In this document: piece by piece, positions 47,582-56,676 of the stretch
Layout of the letters: each line of letters begins with the position of its first letter
How positions within the stretch are numbered: the stretch's first letter is position 1
From: an uncultured Chloroflexia bacterium
Lineage (GTDB): Bacteria; Chloroflexota; Limnocylindria; Limnocylindrales; CSP1-4
Assembly (NCBI GenBank): GCA_963771795.1
Contig: CAVYUR010000006.1
Location: 737,661-801,660, forward strand
DNA: 64,000 nucleotides
Reading direction: 5' to 3'
The notes under the pieces: model-generated
Databases searched by the model: none
What the model was told of the DNA's origin: nothing
What the model saw: the letters and a program-made list of their open reading frames with translations, nothing else
Translations under genes and position numbers: made by a program

Positions 47582-48985
47582 ATGGCAGTGAAAAAGATCC
47601 CGGCCGGCTCGAATGGCATCGTCTACGTGCGAGTCTCGACCGAACACCAAGCCAGCGACGAGTTGCCAATCGCCAGCCAGGTCGCTGAGCTCACGGCGGC
47701 CGTCGAGCGGGCCGGGGCAACCTGCGATGTCGTTCAGGACGCCGGCATCAGTGGGACCGACCTCGAGGGGAGGCAGGTCTCCAGTCGATCATCTCTCGTG
47801 CGCGAGATGGCGGGCCGAGCTTCTCGTGGGTGCTCGTCTGGAAGTTCAAGTCGGCTTCGCCCGGAACATGGAGGAGGGCCTGGTCTATCGCGCCCTCCTG
47901 CGCAAGCGCGGCATCGACATCCTCTCCTACAAGGAGCCGGTGCCAGAAGGCCCACTCGGGTCATTGATCACGCATATCCTCATGGCGGTCGACGAGTTCT
48001 ATGCGGCCGCTGACGGCCGCCGATGTGCTCCGGTCCCAGAAGGAAGCCGGCCCGGCAGGGCTTCTCGGCGGGCGGCCGCCGCGCCCGTGAGGCTACCGGC
48101 GGGAGCCGGTCGTGATCGGCGCACGGTACGACGGGACGCCGCTGACACGCGTGCGTTGGGTGCCGGACCGGAGACGGCCCCCAAGGTGGTCCAGGCGTTC
48201 CAGATGGCGGCCGAAGGCGTGACCTACGACGAGATCGTCGCCGCAACCGGCATCTGCGAGAACAAGTCCAGCCTGGCCACCATCCTCGCCAACCCGATCT
48301 ATCGCGGCGTTCGCGTCTTCAACCGTGAGGCGCGAGTCGAGGGCGAGCACGGCCGCAAGCGGCGGCGGAACCCGGCCGAGGACGTCGTGACCAGCGACGT
48401 CGAAGCCGTCGTTCCCGAGCAGCTCTGGACGAGGGTGCAGGAGATGCTGGTCCGCCGCCGGAAGGATCGGTTGGCGCCGCAGCGCTACGCGGGCGGCTAC
48501 GTGCTGACGGAGCTGCTCCGGTGCGCATGCGGGTCAAGGATGGTGGGCACGAGCAATCGGTCATACCGCTACTACCGCTGCAAGGCGCGCTGCGGTCGAC
48601 CAAGCGTGCGGGCGAACGACCTGGATCTCGGCGTCATGCACCTGATCCGCCGGACCCTGGTGACCCCAAAGGCTGTCCTCGGGAAGTACTTCTCCGTTTG
48701 CTCAACGAGGACATCGAGATGCGCGCCGAGCGACGTGCGCCCGATCTCGATGAGGCGAAGGCGCGAATTCGCAAACTCCAGCAGGAAGACGCCAACTCTG
48801 CGTCGTGCTCTTCGCAGCGCCGGCCCAGAGCTGCCGAGCGGATCAACGTCGAGATGGAGGCGGTTGCGGCCGAGCTTGAAGCGGCTCAGGCGCGAATTGC
48901 CGAGCTTGACCAAGCGGAGCGGCCACTCCGGATCACAACGAGGCTCGTTCGGCAGACGATCGACGACATGAACGACTATCCTTGA
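47582..48985 (+). pseudogene. Large serine recombinase, split over at least three frames
   Basis: ATG 47582 after GAGGGGG. Resolvase-type catalytic N-terminus IVYVRVSTEHQ...IASQ. The resolvase end and recombinase domain (FARNMEEGLVYRALL..., ANPIYRGV..., zinc-ribbon CACGSRMVG...YYRCKARC) are in ORF 47613..48971, and the coiled-coil tail (AVAAELEAAQARIAELDQ) is in ORF 48521..48985. Further protein-like sequence (ATRVAWVRDLFERIDVD) continues to about 49100 in yet another frame. Confidence 0.8.
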
Positions 48986-49133
48986 CCGACGCGCCGTTGG
49001 CGACACGCGTGGCGTGGGTCCGAGACTTGTTCGAGCGGATCGACGTCGACAGTCCGCGACGAGAAGGCTGTCGCCGTCTGGAGGGCCGCGACCGACGAGG
49101 GTGTTAACCGGTCTAATTCCTTCGGTATACGAG

Positions 49134-49208
49134 TGGCTCCGGCGGTAGGACTCGAACCTACGACCAAGCGGTTAACAGCCGCCCGCTCTACCACTGAGCT
49201 ACGCCGGA
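49134..49208 (-). tRNA. tRNA-Asn (anticodon GTT), CCA encoded
   Basis: Minus-strand cloverleaf: acceptor TCCGGCG/CGCCGGA, D arm GCTC-AGTGGTA-GAGC, anticodon arm GGCGG-CTGTTAA-CCGCT, T arm GTAGG-TTCGAGT-CCTAC, discriminator G, CCA. Confidence 0.93.
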
Positions 49209-49317
49209 GCGAGGGACCGGGATTCCGGTCCGGGCGCGCGCCGTCGGCGCCTCGCCGGGCCAGAGGATAGCAGAGGGGCATGACCGCCACTCGCGCGGCG
49301 ACTGGCATACTCGCGAC

Positions 49318-50175
49318 GTGCACGAACGATCACCGCTCATCTCGCCGGTTGCCCTCGCGGCGCGCCTCGGCGATCCGGACCTTCGGATCGCGGATGTCCG
49401 CTGGTACGTCGGAGAGCCGGAGCGCGGCCGGCGGGAATATGACGATGCCCATATCCCGGGCGCGATCTTCGTCGACCTCGACAGGGACCTCGCGGCGCCC
49501 GATGGCGCCGGGCGCCATCCCCTCCCGGATCCGGCCGACTTCGCGGAGCGCCTTGGCCAGCTCGGCATCGGGTCCGGCGATCTCATCGTGGGGTACGACG
49601 ACGTGATGGGGACTGTCGCAGCGCGGCTGTGGTGGATGCTCGACAACCTCGGCTACGAGCGCGTCGCCCTTCTCGACGGAGGGTTTAAGGCCTGGCGAAT
49701 GGCGGGCCTGCCGCAGTCCGTCGTCGTCCCGACGCTCGAGCCGCGCGAGCTTCGACTGGGCGATCGATGGTCGAACGTTGTCGACCGCGACGAATTGATC
49801 GGCCAGCTCGACGACGTGACGCTCATCGACGCGCGGGCACCGGAGCGCTATCGCGGTGAGGTCGAGCCGGTCGATCCGCGTGCGGGCCACATTCCGTCGG
49901 CGATCAGTGGGCCGGCGAAGATGGCCCTCGGACCCGATGGCCGCTTCCTCGAGCCCCCCGCCCTCGCCGCACAGCTTCGAACGGTGGCCCCCGAGGGTCG
50001 GCCCGTCGTCGTCTCGTGCGGCAGCGGCGTGACGGCCTGTCACACAGCGCTCGCGCTCCGCGTCGCGGGGCTGCCCGACGCGATCCTCTACCCGGGCTCG
50101 TTCAGCGACTGGAGCCGAACGGAACTGCCGATCGCCGTCGGCCCGGAGCCGGGCAAGCTCACGGCAGGCTCCTGA
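49318..50175 (+). CDS. Thiosulfate/3-mercaptopyruvate sulfurtransferase (tandem rhodanese)
   Basis: Two rhodanese domains. Active-site loop CGSGVTA in the second domain, and YDDAHIPGAIFVDL in the first. Confidence 0.9.
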   Translation: MHERSPLISPVALAARLGDPDLRIADVRWYVGEPERGRREYDDAHIPGAIFVDLDRDLAAPDGAGRHPLPDPADFAERLGQLGIGSGDLIVGYDDVMGTVAARLWWMLDNLGYERVALLDGGFKAWRMAGLPQSVVVPTLEPRELRLGDRWSNVVDRDELIGQLDDVTLIDARAPERYRGEVEPVDPRAGHIPSAISGPAKMALGPDGRFLEPPALAAQLRTVAPEGRPVVVSCGSGVTACHTALALRVAGLPDAILYPGSFSDWSRTELPIAVGPEPGKLTAGS

Positions 50176-50926
50176 TCATCCCTCCATCGATGGGCAGGAT
50201 CACGCCCGTCAGGTAGGAGGCGGCGGGCGAAAGGACGAAAGCCGCGATCCTCCCCAGCTCGTCCGGCTCGCCATACCGCCCGATCGGGATCCGGTCGATG
50301 TTCAAGCGTTGAACCTCCTCGATCGTCGACTTCGCCTGCTCGGCGCGGCCGGCGTCGAGCGTCCGGATCCGATCCGTGTCGAATCGTCCCGGAGCGACGC
50401 CGTTGATCCGGATGGGGGCGATCTCAGTGGTCAGCGTCTTGATCAGGCCGGCCAGGCCTGGCCGCAGGACGTTCGATGTGATGAGCCCGGGAATCGGCTC
50501 GCGAACCGACGACGACAGGATAACGAGGATCGAGGCGTCGCGACCCTGACGGAGATGCGGCAGGGCCTCGCGTATGAGGCGGATCGAGCTCATCAACGTC
50601 CCATCGATCGCCTTCGCCCAGGCCGTTTCGTCGACCTGGTCGAAGGTCCCAGGTGGCGGTCCGCCGCTGTTGACGACGAGGCCATCCAGCCCACCGAGCG
50701 CGTCGACCGCGGCGCGGACCGCGGAGGCCGGGCCGTCCGGCTGGGAGACGTCGGCCGCGATCGCATGGCCGCCAATTGCCTCCGCGCCGGCCGTCAGCGC
50801 GTCCGATGCGCGGGCCGCCAGTGCCACCCGCGCACCCTCCTTCGCGAGGGCGCGCCCGACGGCCGCTCCCAGTCCGCGACTCCCGCCACTGACGAGGAAC
50901 CGCCGATCCTTGAGCCCGAGGTCCAT
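50159..50926 (-). CDS. SDR-family oxidoreductase
   Basis: Cofactor motif VSGGSRGLG. Classical SDR length (255 aa) and C-terminal YLTG...DGG. Confidence 0.9.
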   Translation of the reverse strand: MDLGLKDRRFLVSGGSRGLGAAVGRALAKEGARVALAARASDALTAGAEAIGGHAIAADVSQPDGPASAVRAAVDALGGLDGLVVNSGGPPPGTFDQVDETAWAKAIDGTLMSSIRLIREALPHLRQGRDASILVILSSSVREPIPGLITSNVLRPGLAGLIKTLTTEIAPIRINGVAPGRFDTDRIRTLDAGRAEQAKSTIEEVQRLNIDRIPIGRYGEPDELGRIAAFVLSPAASYLTGVILPIDGGMIRSLP

Positions 50927-50932
50927 GGCTGA

Positions 50933-51640
50933 ATGCTAAGCGGTCGCGGTAAGCGGCAGCTACGAGGCCCCTGCAAAGATCGCGCCGTGACCTCCAGGGA
51001 GCGGCCCACAGATCGAGCCCGACGACGCGGCGAACGCCTGCGAGATGAACCACTTCGCGAGGCTCGCGACGGTCGCGTCGCCAAGAATCTCAGCCAACGA
51101 CTGATCGGCGATGCGATCGGGCTTTCGGACTCGCAGATCAGGCTGATCGAGCGGGGCGGGCATCCAGACGTCCCGTTGGTGGTTATCGCGCAGATGCTGG
51201 GAGCAGTCGGGTTGGAGCTCTCGGCGCGCGCCTATCCGGTTGGTGGCGGGATCCATGACGCGGCACAGGTCGGCCTTCTCGAACGGCTACGCGTTCGGAT
51301 ATCGCCCCGTTTCAGGTGGCGGACGGAGGTCGCGATGCCGATCGAAGGCGACCTTCGGGCCTGGGATGCCGGGATCGTGGCGCCCGACCTGAAGATCGGT
51401 GTCGATGCCGAGACAAGGTTGCGAGATGTTCAGGCGGTCGATCGACGGGTCATGCTGAAGCTGCGCGACTCCGGATTCGACCGCGCGATTGTTCTAGTTT
51501 CGGCCACGCGATCCAATCGGGTGACATTGCGTGAGTTCGGCGTCAGTCTCCGGGCCAACTACCCGATCGCATCCGTCACCGCACTGCGAGCCCTCGCCGC
51601 GGGTGACGACCCGGGCGGCAACAGCGTCATCGTGCTGTAG
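50933..51640 (+). CDS. XRE-family HTH protein with an uncharacterised C-terminal domain
   Basis: HTH LSQRLIGDAIGLSDSQIRLIERG. The C-terminal ~130 aa are of unknown function. The true start is probably downstream of 50933, because that ATG is only 6 nt from the divergent SDR start. Confidence 0.6.
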   Translation: MLSGRGKRQLRGPCKDRAVTSRERPTDRARRRGERLRDEPLREARDGRVAKNLSQRLIGDAIGLSDSQIRLIERGGHPDVPLVVIAQMLGAVGLELSARAYPVGGGIHDAAQVGLLERLRVRISPRFRWRTEVAMPIEGDLRAWDAGIVAPDLKIGVDAETRLRDVQAVDRRVMLKLRDSGFDRAIVLVSATRSNRVTLREFGVSLRANYPIASVTALRALAAGDDPGGNSVIVL

Positions 51641-51890
51641 GGATACCCGGTTTCGCGATTCCTATGACGCCGGTGTTCGGGACACCTTCGAGCCGAGGTC
51701 GACAGAGTCTTCCCGCGCCATAGGAACAATCGACCCATGCGGCAGCCGACTTGGTCAATCTTCCCCGTCCAGCAGGAATCGGTGACAGGTCTGCGCGATT
51801 CCTTGTCGCGTAGACCCGCCACACAGGAATTGGGGGGCCAGGTGGCCAGGCGGCACCGGGCGAGTGGCGTCGGACACGCCTACCGCTCCC

Positions 51891-53625
51891 CTACTCCAGG
51901 TAGTCCTTGAGCTTCCTCGATCGCGACGGGTGGCGCAGCTTGCGGAGCGCCTTCGCCTCGATCTGGCGGATCCGCTCGCGGGTCACGTTGAACTCCTTGC
52001 CGACCTCCTCGAGCGTCCGGGCGCGCCCGTCCTCGAGGCCGAACCGGAGCTGGAGCACGCGCCGCTCGCGGCCGGTCAGCGAGTCGAGCACCGCCTCGAC
52101 CTGCTCCTTGAGCAGCTGGTGCGACGCGGCCTCGGCCGGGGCCAGGGCGCCCCGGTCCTCGATGAAGTCGCCGAGGTGGGAGTCCTCTTCCTCGCCGATC
52201 GGGGTCTCGAGCGAGACCGGCTCCTGCGAGACCTTGATGATCTCGCGGACCTTCTCGGGCGTGACCTGGACCTCCTGGCCCTTCGACATCGCCTCGGCGA
52301 TCTCCTCGACCGTCGGCTCGCGGCCCAGCTCCTGGAGGAGCTGGCGCGAGACGCGGATCAGCCGGTTGATCGTCTCCACCATGTGGACCGGGATCCGGAT
52401 CGTCCGGGCCTGGTCGGCGATCGCGCGGGTGATGGCCTGGCGGATCCACCACGTGGCGTACGTCGAGAACTTGAAGCCCTTCTCGTAGTCGAACTTCTCG
52501 ACCGCGCGGATCAGGCCGATGTTGCCTTCCTGGATCAGGTCGAGGAACGACATCCCGCGGCCGATGTACTTCTTCGCGATCGATACGACGAGCCGCAGGT
52601 TCGCCGAGGTCAGCTGCTCGCGCGCGTCGCGCCCGATCCGCACCAGCTCGCCCTTGCGGTGCGCCAGCTTCGTGTTGAGCGGGACCTCCGGGTCGAACCC
52701 GAGCCGCTTCAGCAGCTCGGCGTCGTTGCCGGACGTGATCCAGCGCTCGAGCGCCGGGATAGGCGACCTCGTCGCGCGACCAGTCGTAGATCGCCCGGAG
52801 CCCGACGTTGTCGCGCGAGTCGAGGTCGCCGTTGTGGACGGCGAAGTACGCCCAGTCGAGGAGCGTGAGGAACGATGTCCGGGTCGAGCTTCTCGTTGTA
52901 GGTCGTGGACGAGCTTCTTGGCCTCCTTGAGCAGCGTCCTTGGTGCCGTCGGACTGGGCGTCCTTGCCGGCCTTGAACGAGGTGGAAGTCGGGCGTCGGC
53001 GACGAGCAGCTCGGCGGCGGCCTGGGTCCGCGATGGCGTCGCGGACGAGCTTGTGCGCCTCGTCGCCGAACGGCAGCCGGTGCTGCGTGCTTCGTGCGTC
53101 CGGGTCTTGCGCTCCGTGTCGTGGAGCGTCCACTCGTGGAGCGAGACGATCCCCTTCCACGGCGCCTCGACGAGCTGCTCGCCGAGCTCGATCGCCTTGG
53201 CCAGGACGACCTCTTCCTCGGCGGTCAGCAGGGCGACCTTGCCGATCTCCTTGAGGTACATCCGGACCGGGTCGTCGATCCCGATCATGTCGGCCGAGAT
53301 CGCCTCGAGCTCCTCGGCGGTCGGCTCCTCGACCTCCGCCGGGTCGAGCTTGGCCGGGGCGTCGAGCGGCAGCTTGTTGTCGACCGCTTCGCCGTTCTCG
53401 CCGACGACCTCGACGCCGACGTCCGGCGCCGTCCGACGTCGTCGCTGCCGAGAGCGAGATCCTCGTCGTCGTCCTCGTCATCGTCGTCTTCGACCTTCGG
53501 CAGTACGACCTTCGCCGCCCGACAGGCCGCGAGTCGCGAGCTTGGCCTCCTCGACGTCGGCGCGGGCGCGCCGGGGACGGGTCAGGACGGCTTCGACAAG
53601 CTGCTTGTCAAGCGGATCGCGGCAT
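51891..53625 (-). CDS. rpoD: Primary sigma factor (sigma-70 group 1), reading frame repeatedly broken in this assembly
   Basis: Regions 1.2 and 2-4 are intact in ORF 51891..53288 ([102 protein letters not shown]). The non-conserved insert (about 52740-53110) and the acidic N-terminus (53290-53625) alternate between frames. Confidence 0.9.
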
Positions 53626-53638
53626 GGGTGCCTCCGTG

Positions 53639-55564
53639 TCATGCGCGGACCAACACTGTGGCTTGCTCGATCTGCCGGTCGACGGATCGACGGGCTTCGT
53701 TGTTCTGGAGTTGGAGGTCGACGAGCTGGCCGACGGTCTCCCGATCGCCGCGCGCCTCCGCGGCGAGCAGCTCGCCGCCGACCCAATCGGCGCGCTCGTC
53801 GAGCTGTCGTCGCTCGAGCTGCGAGCAGGCACCGATCGACGGCGTACATGATTCGCTCGGACGCCACGAGCGCGAGGTCCGGTGACGGTTGCGCGAGGAT
53901 CGCCTGGGCGGGTGCCCGGGTCTCGTCGTCGAGGCGCGGCCATGCAGCGCCGACATCGAGAACGGCGGTCGGACCCCGTGGTCGTCGGGCGCGCGCTGGA
54001 GGACGATCGCCCGGAACAGCTCGCGGGCCGGCGTCGATGGGCAGCTGGTCGGGGCCGAGCTCGTCGGCGACGCGAGGCTGCTGATCCGGGGCGAGCAGCA
54101 GGAGGCGGAGCAGCTCCTCCTCGACCGGCGAGATCGCGGCGAGGATCCGGTCGATCGGCAGCGCGTCGGCAGACGCGAGGACGGCGTCCGCGGTGATCCG
54201 CCCCTCGGCGGATGCGCCACCCGGCGCCGGCCGGCGGTGGAGGACCTCCAGCACGGACGCGCTCCTCGACCCCGGACACGTTGTGGATCTGCTGGAGGTA
54301 GGCGTCGCGCATCACCGGGTTCGGGATCGCCCGGAGCGTCGGTGCGATCGCGTCGACGAAGCGGGCCTTGCCGCCGGGCGTCTTGAGGTCGACCTGTCGG
54401 CGTGGAAGTCGATGAGGTAGTCGACGATCGGCTCGGCGGTCCGGACCTCCTCGCGCCAACGATCGGGCGTCTCGCGAACGACCTCGTCGGGATCCTTGCC
54501 GTCGGGCAGGCGGACGACGCGGACCTCGTCGAGCTCGACGCCGGTGTCGGCGGCCGCCAGCTGGCCGATCAGCGACTCGAGCGCCTGCGCCCCGAACGTG
54601 CCCGCCTTCTCGCCGGCCGCGTCGACGTCGTAGGCGAGCGCGATCTTCTTCGCGTAGCGGGTGAGCAGCGCCGACCTGGCCCGGGCGTCAGCGCCGTCCC
54701 GAGCGACGCGACGACGTTGTCGAAGCCGGCCTGGTGGGCCATCAGCGCGTCCGTGTAGCCCTCGACGATCACCGCCTGGCTCGACTTGCGGATCGGGCCC
54801 TTCGCCTTGTCGATGAGATAGAGCGTCCGGCTCTTGTCGAACAGCGGCGTCGCCGGAGAGTTGAGGTACTTCGGACCGTGGTCCGCCCCGTCGTCGGCCG
54901 CCGCGGCGAGGATTCGCCCGCCGAGCCCGACCGGCGAGCCCGTTCGGCGTCGCGGATCGGGAAGATGACCCGTTCGCGGAAGCGGTCGTAGACGCCGCCT
55001 CGGCTCGACTGGCGCGGCTGCGCGAGGCCGACCTCGACGAGCTCGTCCGGGCGGACGTTCCGCTTCGCGGCGAGCTGGCGGGTCAGCGTGTCCCAGCCGC
55101 CCGGCGCGTAGCCGAGCTGATGCCTGGCGATCGTCTCGTCGGTGAAGCCGCGGCCGCGGAGGTAGTCGAGAGCCGCTTCGCCGGTCTTCGAACCGGTGAG
55201 GACGGCGTGGTAGAAGGCGATCGCGCTCTCCATGACGTCGCGGAGACGCTTCTTGTGGGCGTCCTCGCGGGTCGTCCGCTCGTCCAGCTCGACGCCGGCC
55301 TTCGTGGCGAGGGCCTTGAGTGCCTCCGGGAACGTCAGCGCTGTCGCGCTTCATGACGAAGCTGAAGATGTCGCCGCCTTCGCCGCAACCGAAGCACTTC
55401 CAGGAGTCGCGCGCAGGGGTGACCGTGAACGACGGGGTCTTCTCGCCGTGGAAGGGGCAGAGACCCTTGTAGGTGGTGCCGGCCTTCTTCAGCTGGACCG
55501 ACTCACCGACGACGTCGACGACGCTGAGCTTGTTCTTGACCTCGGCTGCAACGCCGACCGCCAA
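53639..55564 (-). CDS. dnaG: DNA primase, reading frame repeatedly broken in this assembly
   Basis: TTG 55564 after GGGAGG. Zinc ribbon CPFHGEKTPSFTVTPARDSWKCFGCGEGGD, then LTFPEALKALA...MESAIAFYH in a second frame. The TOPRIM block AVIVEGYTDALMAHQAGFDNVVASLGTALT is back in the first frame, and C-terminal pieces lie in ORFs 53608..54459, 53478..54254 and 53639..54220. At least five frame changes. Confidence 0.88.
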
Positions 55565-55664
55565 ACCGACCTCCCGGCCCTGGCCTCCGCCAGAGCGACC
55601 TGCGCGTCCGACCTGACGCGCTGCGGGGTGCCCACTCCGCCTCGACCACCCGGACATGGATAGG

Positions 55665-55687
55665 GGCTTGTCAAGTCTTGACAAGCC
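55665..55687. promoter_or_regulatory. 23-bp perfect palindrome in the dnaG upstream region
   Basis: GGCTTGTCAAG-T-CTTGACAAGCC (11+1+11). Further TTGACA-type half-sites lie at 55713-55719 (reverse orientation) and 55734-55739. On the minus strand, TTGTCA-16 nt-TATCCA gives a possible sigma-70 promoter. Confidence 0.5.
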
Positions 55688-55752
55688 GGATGCGCCTAGT
55701 TTAGCACCCCGGTGTCAAGACTCCCGGGGGGTATTGACAGGCCGTGGGCAGG

Positions 55753-56595
55753 TCAGTGAACGCCGAGCTCTTCGACCGTGTAACCGTTCGGGTATGTCGG
55801 GTGGGGCTGGCTGGTGATCAGCCGCGGTTCGCGGCGAGCAGGCAGCCTTCGCACGATCCGGCTGCGGAGCCGGACGGCGCCTTCCATCGATGCGACGAAC
55901 GGCGGGATGCGGGCGCGGTAGACCCACCGCGGCGAGGAGCTGGTCGTCCATCATGCGCGTGGACGAACGGCCGGCCGAGCGGCCAGAGCGCCTTGGGCAG
56001 ATACCAGCCAAGCAACAGGTCTCGCGTCGCGCGTCGCCAGAGCGCGGTTCTCCGGGGCGAACCGATAGTTCCGGCGAGCGAACTCCTCGTAGTATCGCTC
56101 GAAGGCGTCGTATTCCTCGGGGACATCCTTGATCGCCATCCGCCGCGCGATCTCGCGCCAGAAGTAGAACGACGCGAGCTTCTCCTGGCGGAGCAGGGGC
56201 CGCCAGCCGAATCGCTCGTTCCAGCGGATAGGCTCGAAGACGAACGTCGAGAGGACGTAGAGGAACTCGTCGTTCGGGATCGAGTACCGGCCGTGCATCT
56301 GGTTGATCCGCCGCAGCGCCGCCTTGCCACGCGGGCTGTCGTAGCCGTGCTCCAGGATCTCGGCCAGGATCAGGACGGTGTCGTCGTAGCGCTTCTGCGT
56401 CCGCTTCGTGAACTCGCCGGTCCCTTCCAGCAGCCCCGTTCCCTTGGCGACCGCGAAGGCGCGGAACAGGGCGAGCTCAAGGGACCTCGTCGTGTCCCAG
56501 GGGAATTCCTGCAGCGACGTCAGGAACGCGATCCGCTGGTGGTCCTTGACCGGATCGAGTCGCCGGATCTCCTGCAGGACCGCGTCGTGTGCCAC
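55753..56595 (-). CDS. MpaB/DUF2236-family oxygenase-like protein, frame broken twice near its 3' end
   Basis: ORF 55951..56595 carries the family-like core (RINQMHGRYSIPNDEFLYVLSTFVFEPIRW). The C-terminus continues in two other frames (LLLGWYLPKALWPLGRPFVHA, then MMDDQLLAAVGLP... and finally ...YPNGYTVEELGVH) to the stop at 55753. Confidence 0.65.
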
Positions 56596-56676
56596 ACCCC
56601 ACCTCCATCGGCTTCGCCAGCTTAGCGAGCCCGAACGATCGTTCGCAGGCCGGGAGCTCCCGGATGACTCTCGGCG

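Noticed and set aside
51891-55564. Programmed ribosomal frameshifting or genuine pseudogenisation as the explanation for the rpoD and dnaG frame breaks.
   Set aside because: There are far too many breaks per gene, with no slippery-site pattern, and the sequence between breaks is perfectly conserved. Both genes are essential. Assembly indels are the simpler explanation. This needs read-level confirmation.
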